Assembly (NCBI GenBank): GCA_050575255.1
Contig: JBNZDD010013726.1
Coordinates: 5,885,678 to 5,949,677, forward strand
DNA from: Harriotta raleighana
Lineage: Eukaryota
Reading direction: 5' to 3'
DNA length: 64,000 nucleotides
The notes beneath the pieces were generated by a model, which searched no databases, was not told the DNA's origin, and worked only from the letters and a program-made list of their open reading frames with translations. The translations under genes were made by a program, and so were the position numbers. Below are positions 51,042 to 64,000 of the stretch, in pieces (position 1 is the first letter of the stretch; every line of letters starts with the position of its first letter).

Positions 51042-51370
51042 TAATAATAATAACAATCCTTGCATTTCATACAGCGCTTTTCCCACCTTATTGACATCTC
51101 ACAGCGCTTCACAGAATATACTGTGAAGTGAATTGACTGCATATTTGTGGGCGAAAAGCAGCAGCCAATTGCACATAGCAGTGTCCCACGCACAATCGTG
51201 GATTGAAATGACCAATTTCTTTTACTATTTCAGTTTTTTTTGTGGACGAAATATTATTAGGTGTGTGGAGTAAGGAAACTTGCCCAAGGTTTCGCCTTGA
51301 TCTGCCTGGATTCGAACACAGGTCTCACGCTTGTAAGGCGAGTGCTCTTACCACTGAGCTACAGTACTCC
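51042..51370 (-). mobile_element. Full-length young SINE starting about 50 nt after the exon 6 donor
   Basis: A-box TAGCTCAGTGG, B-box GTTCGAATCC, body, tail. Confidence 0.92.
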
Positions 51371-51422
51371 TGATGCCATTACTCAGTAAAAATTTCAACT
51401 AAGGAACTCAGCAATAACTTAC

Positions 51423-51500
51423 CCTTCCTTTGCTAATAATGAAGAAAGTGTCCCCTCGAGCTCCCTGTCTAATTATGTATTCTCCATTTTCATAGTGCGT
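51423..51500 (-). CDS. PRKG1: PRKG1 exon 6-equivalent (78 nt; CNB-B)
   Basis: cag|ACG CAC TAT...GGA AGG|gtaagt encodes [26 protein letters not shown]. Phase 0-0. Confidence 0.97.
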
Positions 51501-53349
51501 CTGTGAAGAAAAAACAAAACCATTGGGGCCACCACCCATCCTGTGAAATCTACAATTTTGGTATTGAATAACCAGTAGCTGAACTGCATTTTAAACAGCC
51601 AAGTAATCTGCTTGTACATGAAACACACATTTTGCCAAGATACTGTAATTAGACTAGTCACTTCAACGTAAATTAGTATCATTATTGTGAAAGAATACAA
51701 TTTCAGTAACTGGTGAATGAGCATGGATTTCAGATAACAATCACACCTGCTATATAAATAACAGGGTAAAACCTACAATGCTGTAGTTTCTTAACTCATT
51801 CAATTGTTAGCACATGGAATAGGTTAAGAAATTATCAAACATTTTGCCCTAATATTCAAAAGCACCATTTAAAAGCATCATTGTTCTAATCTCAACAATA
51901 TGTTAAACCGTGAACTAAACCTTTGTAACGATCTATTAAATACTCACCTCTTGGCTTGCATCCAAGCAATCTAACTGAGAACCATTCACTAAGCCTTTTC
52001 TAGCATGAGAAGGAATTATGAGGAGGTACTTTCAGCGCGACACACAACACTTACGGGTCATTTCATAGCAATTTATAAATGATTGTTCTGACAGAATGTT
52101 ATGGGATGAGCAAGTAAGTACCATCATTATATATCAAACATTTATTTTCTACAGTGTATATTTTCCCAAGTGCTGGGATCCAAAAACGAACTCTTGTTTT
52201 CATGTTGGAAACATAATACTGTACATTTTATGTTTAGAGAGCACACATTCCATGTGTCTGTCTCCCTATTAAGAGTTTTAAGGCATGGCAAAGCAATTGG
52301 GAGTGCCTAAACTTATATAATAATGGATTTATCCAGCTTTTAGCAGCTTGTATTTATCTAGTGATTACTGTCCAGCCATGTAGCGCTTTGGGACGTCTTC
52401 CTGACGTGAAAGGTGCTAAACAAGTGTAATTTTGTTGTTGTTGTTGTATCAGTATTGTTTCTGCTATGGAACTGCTTCCAACAATCACATCATCTCTTTG
52501 TTTCAATAGCTTGAATAAAGTGTAAAAGCAAAAACAAAATTCCAATACATATCTTGTATAATCTATATGCAGCTAGAGCAATATAACTAGCATTGATGGT
52601 GATGACATTTTGTTGTTTCCAGGATTACTACAGTGAATTTGTTTTATATTTAATTTGGCTTGTTTGAAACATCTGGTGAGAAAAGACTCTCAGCATTTGC
52701 AGTGTTTCCCAATGAAGCCAACCTTTCTACAGTAGAACACAAACACGGCTTTCATATTGAGCCGCTTCACGCTGTAAAGTTTTAACTGATTCACACAATT
52801 TTTCATCTTGCAACTCAACTCTTAAGTGCTAGATGCAGTTCAAGCCACTGCACTGCAATTTAACTGACTGATGCTATCTGTGTTCCATATTATTAACCAG
52901 GATGAAATGTCAGCAGCTATCAGGCACTGACCTTAAACAAATACTGCAGTTAAGGATCTGACACAAAGGTATGGTTCACGTTTCAGCAGAGAGGTTTACC
53001 AAGAAACATACCATCTTCTCAGAAGCAGCTCATGTAGAAAAGCTGCTGCAAAGAGTCATGAGTAGGAAATGTGCGCTGTGCAACACTGGAACATTACCAG
53101 TGACAATAAAGATTAGAAGTGCAGCAACGTTCTTTTGAACCTTTTCTCGAATTTATTTTTGTTCACTGTGAAGCAAAGAAATTGTGTGAAATTTACACAA
53201 GACATTGGTTATTCACTTTCAACCAAAGGACATCAGATCTCTGGAATAAGAAAGAGCAGATTAACATGGATAGAACAAGAGATGTGGGATTATAGTTGTG
53301 ATTTGATTTGAGAACTTTTTTTAATGAAGCAGAGAAAGTTAAGCAAGCA

Positions 53350-53670
53350 TGTCAATATAGGTTTCAAAATTCTAAAAGGTTCCGATAGAGGGTAAAAAAT
53401 TATTTCCCCTGCTTGGTAAATTGGTAACACAATTAGGATTATCATTGAAAGCGACGGGGGATCAGTCAGAATCTCTAAAATAATATGTGGGATATTTGAA
53501 TGTGGACTGATTTAACACAAGTTGCTTTTTTTTTAAGGCCAAGACTTTAACTTTTGGTTAAAGATTCGAAGAGATGGAATATAAAAGTATACTGATAGTA
53601 AGGGTAAGAATTACCAATAGCATAGCCTCTTTGGACTGAATTGACTCCGATCTGTTCACTTCTATAATTT
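53350..53670 (+). mobile_element. Highly decayed CR1 3' fossil
   Basis: VSKF/FKILKGSDR...KLFPL-like segment and a degenerate 3' UTR (ggactgaattgactcc). Confidence 0.5.
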
Positions 53671-54702
53671 ATCTGTGCTCCCCTAGGAGTTAACCTAAAA
53701 ATAATACTTCCTTTACTAACGCAGTCAGTATCAAATTATCACACCGTAGAGAATTATAAAGCCACACGGCTTTGCAAATGACGTTTGTTGCTATGAGGCT
53801 GTGTACCCATACCAGGACTAAATATTTACACTACAGTGGATGTAAATTGTACTCCCAAATCATCTCCCCCAGGAGGTCTTGAGCCTGTGGTATAAATACA
53901 GTATAAATCTACGTTGCACGCAAAAGGGGACTGTGGAAGCCTCTTCTGAATTTACCTCCTCCATGGCTTCCACACAGTGCTCTCTGAATTAAGACTGTGA
54001 ATTAACAACTGGTTTGGATGTTAGCCCCAAAGAAATAGGTTGAGGACACCTAAATATACTCCCACTCTAGCCTCTAATCACTGTGTGACTGGCTATCTTT
54101 CATGTCATCAATCAAGTTACATTGGATTCCCCAGAAATAAAAATGCATCCTATAAAATTAATTCTTGTACAATTTAGCTTTACATAAATGCAGTGAAAGC
54201 AGAGGCACTGAGGTAACGCAAGTAAAAATATACCACTTGGAGCATGTCTGCTTCTCACACCTGGTGACAATTTGATCTAGCTAGAGTACCACTTGCTAAC
54301 ATTATTTTTCCCGCCCTCATATTTTTTCTTAAGGATTTTCAGAGAATGTGGAGGTTGGGATCAGGGAGGGTAGAGGGCAAAGAGATTGAAAGATGAGAGT
54401 GTGGCAATCAAAACATTTCTTTTAAAAAATGTACACCTCACTTAAAATCAAGTAGAACAAATACACCACAAATATATTTTTACATAAATTAATAAAANAT
54501 TTATTTTAAGTGTATCAAGTAGAACAAATACACCACAAATATATTTTTACATAAATTAATAAAATGAGACCGATTGACATTCCTACAATTAAATTAACAG
54601 ATAAAAAATGTGAGGTAAAAAACACAAATAAAATTTGAGCAGTTGAGAAATATTAGCAGGCACAGAGACATTGATGTAAACTTCTCACAGATTGTGGCTT
54701 AC

Positions 54703-54766
54703 CTCTTCAAGGACATCAGCTAGTTTGCTAAGTATTTCCTCTGAAAGATTTTGGAATGTCGGAACG
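54703..54766 (-). CDS. PRKG1: PRKG1 exon 5-equivalent (64 nt)
   Basis: ttag|C GTT CCG ACA...GAA GAG|gtaag encodes (S)VPTFQNLSEEILSKLADVLEE. Phase joins the previous exon (AG+C = Ser). Confidence 0.97.
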
Positions 54767-54914
54767 CTAAGGATTAAAAAAAATGCATTTCATTATCGAA
54801 AGGAAAACAGGAACACATCAATGTGTAAATTAATTAGGACCATCAGCCAAATAAAGTTTCTATTAATGATATTGTGCAACTGAAATATTTTGGCAAAACG
54901 AGTCAATTCTGCTT

Positions 54915-55200
54915 TACAACAATAACAACAACAACATTACATTTGCATAGCATGTTTCATATTGGGAGTACATCCCAAGGCATATGTAGCACTGGCAGGG
55001 GGGAGGAGGGGTGTGACCAAAGCTGGAGTCAAAGTGATAAGTTTTCAAGTGGGATTTGAGGATAGATACCCAGGGAAAGTGAGGTGGAGGAGTAGAAGCA
55101 TGGAATTTCGAAGGCTGGGGGCCTGAAGGTTTGGCCACTAGTAATGTGGAGGTGCAGGGAATGTACAGCAGAACTGTGGCAGCCGAGTGTATGGGAAGCA
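54915..55200 (-). mobile_element. L2 3' fragment
   Basis: (CAA)n tail plus ttacatttgcatagcatgtttcat...cccaagg and an L2 body. Confidence 0.75.
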
Positions 55201-58200
55201 GATGAATGGGGAGCAAGGAAATGAGAGATGCAAGAGCATGAAGGGATATTGTAATAATTCTCAGTGCAGTTTATTATAAATCTGCACAAGCAATATCCCT
55301 TGCGAGCTTCCTGCTTCCATCAGCACATAAATAATAACTGTACAATTATTACAGGCAATCTGTTGAGATGCTAGTGCACTCATTTCTACCTTTCATTCAG
55401 GTCAGTGTGAAAGCCAACCTTAAGTTACATTAGTGTATGGCATGATTTCCTATAATTGAAAAATGATCTTCTGATGTTTTAAATGCACGCTCCAAGTCAA
55501 TCAGATAACATCTTTCTCTGTTGCGTTTCACTATTCCTTTGCTGTTCTCATTTCTGCTCCTTGTGCCCAATTTCACTCCTGAGAGCAATTTGAAATTATT
55601 TCCAGAAGCAAAGCAATTAGATGTGAAAAGTTTGACATGAACTTCCTCCTCCGAAATAGGTTTGGCAGTAGCTAAGGAGAAGTTTGCAACAATAACAACA
55701 ACAACTTGCATTTATATAGCACCCTCCACCCCAAACGGCGTCTCTGAGCGCCTACTACTGAAGCCCACTTTCTTTCCCCACAACTCTTCATGTCCTTGCT
55801 TCCCAACTATGTCTATCTTGCGTTTAAATGCATGTCCTGCATTTAAGACTATCTGAGGTAATGCATTCCTCATTAGAAATCTCCATATATTAAACTTGAA
55901 TATCATCCAAATGATGCTCATTTACTGTGTGGTGAGAGGTATAATAACACTGTTTTACAAAACTGTCCCAACTCACATTCTTTCAGCTAATGCCTTTCCG
56001 AGTAAAATCAGAAATGTGCTAATTTGTAGTCAATTCTGCGCTGTGATACAACACAAACTGGAACTAGGTTACAAATTCCCAAACGTTCAGCCGGGCCCAG
56101 GCTCAAACACAGGTCATAGAGATGAAAGCATAATGAGCTACTACACTACACTGTGTCTGCTACTTATGTAAGCTTTGATATTCGATGAGTTGTTGAGCTG
56201 TTCAACTATAATTCTATAACTTTTCAACCTTCATGTTGCATGCACATAGCAATCCACCTATAGTAAAACATCCATCTTACACAGAGCTAACATTTGTCAA
56301 ATCACAAAGCATGACTTGTGTGGCACAATTCAGACAGAAAAGTGGGTCATTCAGGAAAGCAGGAAAAATACATTCAGACCTTTCAAGCTGCATAAGGTGA
56401 TTGAAACACACAAAGATCTTGCCAACTGCAAACATTTACAATACAGTAATATCAACATAAATGACACAAATATTATATACATTTCCTATAGCCATTGGTC
56501 CCAATGCTAGGAACCATAGGTGGTGCTGTTTAATAATTTCAACCTTAAGTTAGTTGTACTTATTTTAAAAGCCTATCCTGCCATACCAGGCAGAACAAAT
56601 CAGATTGTTTTGGTGTGTGAAGTGAGTGGTAGGATATTTAGATTTTTAAAAATGCATATTTACTTTGTTCAAGCACAAAGAATAATTCCTTTCATTAAAA
56701 GCAGTCATCGATAAGAGCTCTGTTTTCACAAGCAACGTTTTTCAGATGATGAATTGTGCTGCTGCAGTTGATTTGGGGAATAAAGTTCCCGGAGCGTGTC
56801 ATTTATCCAAATTGGTAATGGTTTAAAGTAGGATATATTGCTTCTGCTGATGCTACAGTGAATAAATCCATTGTATGGTACAGGGCTGAGCAATCCAAAT
56901 TACAAAGGGTCCAGTTGTGATCACCAAGTCTGATCACAATTGTGAATGCTAAAAGTAACTGCAATGTTCCCAGGGTAAGAAAGGCAAGCTGATTTGGTTT
57001 AATTTCTCTATTCCGATCAATATCAGGGCTAAAGTTTAAGTAGTGGTTTACAGTGCACTTCAGTACCAGCACTTAAATTATTCTATCAGCAGTATCAGAA
57101 GACATTGTTCTCAAATTGCACCAAAGAAATTCTCATACATTAGGTTTAACAACTTGATAACATGAATCAAATGGTAAATCCAGCAAAATTTGACCTGCCA
57201 GACATTGTGGCCTGGCCTTGTCAAAATATACTTAAACTACTGAGTCCATCAGCTATTCTCCACATAGAGAATCCTTGATACTGGGTATTTTGTTGGAAGG
57301 GAATGGAAATAGAATTGGGACACGCAGCGAAACAGAGAAGTTATATTAACTTTCACTAATCAATTGAATCAACTACTTGAAGTACATTGAAGTGTGTGAA
57401 CAACTGTACAATAGTTATACACTATATAGCACATTTCATGCAATTCAAGGTACACAAGGAGAAAATAATATCAGTATTTGATGTGGTGCCACATTACGTC
57501 CAAAATATCTCAAAGTGCTAAAGCACAAATTGTAGTTTTTGGGGAAATGTCACATTTTGATTGGGGGTGTATTTTGATTGATCACTATTCAACAACTTTG
57601 ACTTTATTTACAGCAGAGAAACTCAATTATTTATTATCATGATTATTATTATAATAATACAAATTCTTGACAACAGGAGCAGGTTTGGGGATTACAGACA
57701 GAGAGACTGTGAAATATTGTGAAATGCTTCATTTAGTTTTGATGGAAATAATTTCAAATGAACTCTGCCAATGCCCTGAAGCAATTTCTCTGGCATTGAA
57801 GAATACTGGAAAAGTGTTATTTTTGTTCATGCATTTTGAGACTAATCCAATACCACCAATTTGATGAAATTACTTTTGAGAAGCTTTTATAGAACAACAA
57901 CTTGCATTTATATAGAAACCTTCACTCTCTGCTATGTCTTAGAGCACTTGAATGAGTCAGAAAAAGAGATTGCGAAAGATTTGGGTCAAGGTCTGTGATA
58001 TTTTTGCAGCCGACATGTCCATTTCAGTTTTACCTGTGCTTAATCCCTATTGAGTTCTACCAGGCAGAACCCTAAATCTTTCAAAACTAAGTTTCTATAG
58101 AAATTAATTAAATGTTGGCGAAAACTGTCTAAGNAAGTTTTACCTGTGCTTAATCCCTATTGAGTTCTACCAGGCAGAACCTAAATCTTTCGAAACTAAG

Positions 58201-58959
58201 TTTCTATAGAAATTAATTAAATGTTGGCGAAAACTGTCTANGAATGAAGCATTGGGACAAACATGTAAGATTTACAATTTAAATGCATCAAGGACTGCTT
58301 CCTTTACCCACCAAAGACAGATTACTTCTCAAATATTTAGCAACCCCTTACTATCAATTACATTTTCTTAGTTAATCACCAGAGACATTAATTGAACTGA
58401 ATTCATAAGCCAAGGTAACAAAGGTTAGACAGCATCAGGTTAATTCAGTATTAGATTTTCTCGCTTGGTTTCATTGATACAAATTCTTGCATCTTTGAAG
58501 CTAGAAAATAAAATAAAATCTCATAGAATTTGTGTTCCTTATATTCATTAAATGTACCAGCACCTCTTAAATAGTTTATTGCGTGTACTGTATCATTAAT
58601 TCCCATATTGTATTTAGCACCTCATTACTTTCTCTTTTCTAGACTCTTCCTTTTGACTGAGATTCTATCCAGGAACAATTCGCCAAAAAAACAAAGAGGA
58701 CGTTTCCTCATCTTTCTTTTATTTATATGCTTTTTATATGCAGATTTGCGTTGAATTTGAAACTAAATTTTTTTGGCACACAGTTTACTTATACTTGTGC
58801 ACTTGATAGTCCACTTTGGATGACAAATAAAAGGGACCCTTGCTTATATGGTATGGAACACAAGATAGGAATGTAATAGAATATTACTACAGTTAAACAG
58901 GGCATTCAGGGCTGCCTGTGTTGGCCACACACTGTGCTCTTAAAAGGATAGGTGTTTTT

Positions 58960-59190
58960 AAAAAGATTTCCACTGAGGGGCATGTGTGAGTTGCTGAGTA
59001 CTTGTATGGAGAACAATTTAACCCAAAAAGCAAATTCAATTAAAAAAGTATTCAAAGGTATATGAAAGATAAAAGCTTGAGGTGGTATTGGGATTGGCTG
59101 GGGCAGTGCGATTGAATGAACAGCATTGCTCTGAAAGCTGGTGAAGACTCGATGGACCGATTGGCCTCCTTCAGCACTAGGTCTATGATT
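58960..59190 (+). mobile_element. CR1 3' fossil
   Basis: gaacagcattgctctgaaagctggtgaagactcgatggaccgattggcctccttcagcac. Confidence 0.6.
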
Positions 59191-59714
59191 TGTACGCCTT
59201 CTAACATTAGGATTCAATTTCATACTCTTAATCGTTTCTTCTTGTTCACTTCCATTGCTCAACTTCTGCAGTAGACATAATCATTAGCATAAAGTTCAAC
59301 CGTGATCCTTACATTTAAATGTTGCTCAAAGGCAATTGAGCTCCCAAACACTGCTGAAATCAGGAAGCACCTGGGATTTGGTTCATTTTTCTCATTAGCA
59401 TTCAGCATCGAACAGACAGAAGTAGGAAGGGGGAAAAACATTTTCAAAAAAATTTAAATCACTTCATTTGAAAAGAAGAACTAACGGCAAGACTCTTTTT
59501 TTTAGTAACTGCTCATTTTAACAGCCTTTATAATCTTACGTATTTTTGCGATTTATAGGCAAGATGATTTCAAGACATAAATAGTCCTAAAGTGCTTCAT
59601 AAGATGAAATATGTTAGCAAATTTGTGGTGAAGTAATATTAACAGTCAGGGAAAATCTTTACACTGTTGCAGCTAAAGTAATGCGATAGCCTTTAGGCTT
59701 TCTCGAAATATTCA

Positions 59715-60047
59715 TTTCAACTTCAATATCCTCACACTTATGTTCAAATCCCTTCACTCTCTGATACCTGCCTGCCTCTCCTACCTCCTCACTCCCCAAT
59801 CCACCACCCAGCGCCTCCGCTCGACTGGCACAGGTCTCCTATTCGTGTGGCACATCTTCTACCCCACCATCGGAAGTCGCGCTTTCAGCCACTATGCCCT
59901 CATGTCCCGCCTGAAAACCTTTCTCTTTGACCGTGCTAACACACCACCCCCCACCCCACCTCGGTCAAAGTCAGACTCCGCCAAGGTTAAAGCGCTCTAA
60001 GACGCTATCTTGTATGGAGGGCACTATATAAGTGCAAGTTGTTGTTG
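59715..60047 (+). mobile_element. L2 3' fragment
   Basis: FKSLHSLIPACLSYLLTP..RLRSTGTGLL..RAFSHYA..RLKTFLF, tail tataagtgcaagttgttgttg. Confidence 0.88.
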
Positions 60048-60601
60048 TATACAGTGAAGCAGTCAAAGTCAATGGAGTCTTTGTCACTCCTGGTTTATTC
60101 TCAATGTTTATTTTCCTTCCTAATTTTAACATGTATGTCATACAAGCTTTTAATTGATTGGTGTCAATTTTGTCAATTAATTTCTTATTTGATAAAAGCA
60201 AGTTTACAGTACAACTACACAAACATTGAAATTGAAAGTAATAATTACTCTGGATCTCTACTTCTGTAAATAAAATAATGTATCTGCTTCGTATCTTCAT
60301 GATGAAAAACACATTAATCACATGAATTAGAAAGGAAATGTCCTTGTTTACAATTTCTATAATCAGGTAAACTATTCCTGTTTTGCTCCCCAAATAGGCA
60401 TTTGGAATTTCAAAACAACCTTTTGCAACCATAAACGTTGATGTCAATTAGCAAAACTCATTATTAAATTAACTAAAGAGTCACAATTTAACATATTATG
60501 TTTCTATGGGGTAGCGCACAAACAGTTGGAACTAGTAAAGAAATAAGCTGTGTAATAAGTATTTTTTTTAATGTAGTGTATTGCAAAATAGCATGGGACC
60601 A

Positions 60602-61045
60602 AACATCAACAACAAATTTACACTTGTATAGCACCTTTCACATCAGGAATACCTCCCAAGGTGCTGGACAGTCACTGTGTCAGACCCGAACTGGGACGGG
60701 GTGGGGAGGGAAGGGGGGGATTAGGAGTTGCCAATGGGACCATCAAAGAGGAGAGTTTTGTGGCGGGACTTCAAGGAGGAGCCCAGGGAGGGGGCGAGGT
60801 GGAGGGACTTCGGGATGGAGGTCCAGAGGTTGGGGGTAGAGAGGCTAAAGGCTGGCCCGCCAATGGTGGGGCAAATAGGTCAGGGGACATGGAGAAGGCC
60901 AGAATCTGCTAAGCGGAGGGGGCGAGCAGGTTGGCAAGGGGTTAGAAGGTCACGGATGTAGGGTGGGGCAAGTTGTGGAGGGCTTTGAATGTGTGGACTA
61001 GGATCCTCAATAGGATCCTCTGGGTGATGGGGAGCCAATGGAGTC
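60602..61045 (-). mobile_element. L2 3' fragment, sense to PRKG1, about 90 nt downstream of the exon 4 donor
   Basis: [30 protein letters not shown] motif and tail aaggtgctatacaagtgtaaatttgttgttg. Confidence 0.88.
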
Positions 61046-61132
61046 AGGCGAGAATGGGAGAGATGGGAGGTCACAAAATGACCTTCATATGGTTCAAACA
61101 TAGAGTAAAAGCACTGCACAAAGCAAACTAAC

Positions 61133-61238
61133 CTCTTCAGAAAGTCCATATACTCTGAATGTTTGATTAGTCCTGTCCTCATCATTATTGTCTGGAAACA
61201 TTGTCGATCAATGGCCCACAGTTTTACATTTGTAAGAG
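61133..61238 (-). CDS. PRKG1: cGMP-dependent protein kinase I, exon 4-equivalent (106 nt; end of CNB-A)
   Basis: Minus strand ggcag|CT CTT ACA AAT...CTG AAG AG|gttag encodes (x)[34 protein letters not shown](S), near-identical to human [39 protein letters not shown]. Canonical AG/GT. Confidence 0.97.
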
Positions 61239-62457
61239 CTGCCAAATCACAAAGGAAAGAACAATTAATTCACAGGTGAAAAATACAGTATGAAACTGTT
61301 TTACTTTTTTTTTAAAGTTATAAATCTGTCAATAAGACACCCATGAATTCAACCCAGGTAAGAAAAGGAATGGGGGAAAGGGAGAATTTTCAGATCCGAA
61401 AAATACATGTCTGATCATCAACCAGAAAGAACAGAATATCAATAGTCACGAACATTGGTGTTTTACACCAAGAAAGTGTAAGGGCAACAATCTCCCAAAC
61501 CTCCTTGATTGGGTGACAATTGAGCCTGGAAATATATAATTTTCTGCTACGGTTTGGCCTCTAAGGTCAAGCCACTGCTTAGCTACAAGGGTGTTTAGTA
61601 ATGGTGTGAGTAGGAGTGAAATTTCTGACTTGCACACATGGAACTGCAGCCTCGGTTGGCTGTAAAGAGATTTTGTATTAGATAATACACAGCTGCAGCT
61701 GTGGTGTGTTCACCGAAGAGGAGGGGAAAAAAAAAGGGGTACTAACACACAGGAGTAACACTTGAGGACTGGAGACTGTCACCAGATGTAATTCTGTGAC
61801 CTGCAACAATCATGCGAATGGTTTTATGGATGGCAGATGGGAATGCTTATGACTACCAGATGAGTAGTAAGTGCAACTTAGCAATTTGGTCCACATTTAA
61901 TTTTCCTGGAGGCTTGAAACAATGTCAAATACAGCAAAAGCACACTAAAAAAAAGTCAGAAAAAGTCAGTAAACATAAAATGAACATGACATTCTTGAAA
62001 TATTGTACTGTACAACCTTAACTATTTTTCACATCCTGAATACTGCGTTTTTGTCTTCAGAATTATTATAAATCCTGCCGGTAACTAGACACTTCCAAAC
62101 CAATGGCTGTTCAAGGTTGCTTCAAAAAACATTCAACATAAAAAGTTACTACTTAAAAAAGGTTTGTGGTCAGAGTAATGTAATAATTAATATGTAATGA
62201 AAATATATTTGGGTTTTAAAATTCCACCTTCCAGACCTGCTGAAAGGCTGAAATTTCACTGAAGCCCTTGAATATGTAATTCTAAAAACAAAGAGCTGTT
62301 GTACGTGTTCATTCCAAAAGTCTAGTCATTTTTTGTTGCCATTGAAATTTCGTAAGACTACCTGGGTCCTCTTCTATAGTTCTAATAGTTCTAAATATTA
62401 TGACACAATTCTTTGGCGAGTTTAAAGGAAGCAGTCAGACCTTGGGGAGGACAAGTT

Positions 62458-62588
62458 TGCTAGGTTATGGGGAGAAAGCCGGGGAGTGGGATTGACTTTG
62501 AATAGCTCTTTTCAAAAAGCAGGCATAGACACGATGGGCCGAATGGTCTCCTTTTGTGCTATAAATTTCTGATTCTATGATTCTATGA
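62458..62588 (+). mobile_element. CR1 3' UTR with (ATTCTATG)n tail
   Basis: ggttatggggagaaagc...gacacgatgggccgaatggtctcctttt...gattctatgattctatga, the typical CR1 octamer tail. Confidence 0.85.
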
Positions 62589-63659
62589 TCATGTTATTGT
62601 TGATGGAGATTTTCGATGGGAGATTAGATATATAGCAAATGGATATCTGACATAACTGTAACCAGATGTCACCTAACCATCTCATAATGAAAATATCTAA
62701 TTTGATGACTGTGCATCTGAATCATAATGAAAATTGTCCAATTTTTTCTTGCTGCACTGTTAATTCATACAGAAACCCTACTAAGCATACATCATCAAAG
62801 TCAGCACACTTTGTGTCAAGAAGAATTTCACACAATCATTATATAATGATGACTACTAGTTTGATATTGCCTTGGTGTTTACTTTATACTCTCAATTATT
62901 CATCTTTATTGTGTGGCCTTATGTTTGGTTGTACCTGGCTTTGTTTCACTCCTGCTGATTTGTCGCTGTGAAGAATTTATAAGACTGTTCATCTTCCAAC
63001 CACTTTTTATTGTCTACCATTCTCTATTGTGTAACAACATTGGCTGCTACATGAGAAAAGGTCACCTAAAAATCGATCTGTGGTTAACTGAGTTTATTCT
63101 CCGCTGGTTGAGAAATTTAGCAATGATGTTCATTATAATTGATAAGATTGATAAAATGTACCAACCAGAAGAGAATAACACCATAGTTATCATTCACAGA
63201 TGTTAAGATTTGACTTTCTTATTCTTAAATGCTTCTATATATCGTCCCATTTGAAAAGGTACTGAATTCTGAAGTATATTTGTTTCTGTAGGAAACTAAG
63301 GAAAATATCACCAGATTATTTATGGGGACTATCAACAACATTTCATGTTAAACAGGCTATTGAAATTCCCTCATCCTTTAATACTTTCAATAGAAAATTC
63401 ATTGCCAGAATGAATCATTTCAGCCTAAGGGAAATTCAACGTTTTCAATTGATATTTGCTGTCTATTCCATGATAACATGAATAACAGTCTTTAACTTGG
63501 TTTCTTTGGTAACTTCAATGAAGAGTTAACCCTACTCATCAATCTTTCAAAAAGCAATCGTTCCATCTATTTATTCGCTACTCAATACCTTTGTATGGTT
63601 CAGTTAAGGACTTTATTACATGCATTGCTAATGATCTGTTGCTGTAGAAATATATGGGA

Positions 63660-63790
63660 GCCTGGATCATGTTCTGAAACTAGGAGATTACAAGGAATTT
63701 TTAACACAGAGAGTTGTTAGAATGTAGAATGCCCTGCCACGTGTAGTGATCAAGGCAATTGGATCAATATAGTCTTTGCAGAAAGGCTGC
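63660..63790 (+). mobile_element. CR1 ORF2 C-terminal fossil
   Basis: FLTQRVVRM*NALPRVVIKA. Confidence 0.65.
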
Positions 63791-64000
63791 TTCACATTGT
63801 TTCTGCACAGCGAGAAGCAACAACTAAAACCCTCGATCTCTTTCAGCTTTCCCCTTGGCAAATTCAATTCCATCCATGGAATATTGTTTTTATATGCTTT
63901 AAGTTAGGTCATATATTATCTGTTACTCTGTGTATATGTGTATGGGATGGGGGACGGGGGGATAGAAAAGCATGAAATTGGTTACAAGATTAAAAGATTA

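Noticed and set aside
56913-56941. Small hairpin ttgtgatca-N7-tgatcacaa
   Set aside because: A 9-bp stem is within chance expectation and too short for a pre-miRNA.
59971-60447. 158-aa minus-strand ORF
   Set aside because: Low-complexity AT-rich translation ending in an L2 tail, with a non-ATG start.
59715-61045. Tail-to-tail L2 pair as a long dsRNA near exon 4
   Set aside because: The two copies have different tails and are strongly diverged, so extended pairing is unlikely.

Overview
AT-rich, repeat-rich vertebrate genomic DNA, probably from a cartilaginous fish (chimaera/elephant-shark-like). This is inferred from tRNA-headed Deu-type SINEs, L2 and shark-type CR1 fossils and the protein sequence; it is not proven. 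The whole window lies inside one minus-strand gene, cGMP-dependent protein kinase I (PRKG1). Eight consecutive coding exons (human-equivalent exons 4-11, 721 nt) can be placed to the base with GT-AG boundaries and compatible phases. They encode the end of CNB-A, all of CNB-B, the switch helix and the kinase N-lobe. Only two of them show up in the ORF track; almost all other ORFs there are noise or repeat-derived. The introns hold SINEs, L2/CR1 3' fragments, Tigger/pogo-like and hAT-like MITEs, one 85-N gap, and a dozen single-N-joined duplications that look like assembly artefacts. I found no convincing novel multi-gene system. The best leads are RNA-structure features: an unusually similar inverted SINE pair beside the symmetric 66-nt exon 8, a near-perfect 57-bp inverted duplication, a pre-miRNA-sized hairpin carried inside a DNA transposon, and an exon 4 read-through frame running into an L2. 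Family names and human comparisons are from memory and need database confirmation. Repeat boundaries are approximate unless TIRs define them.
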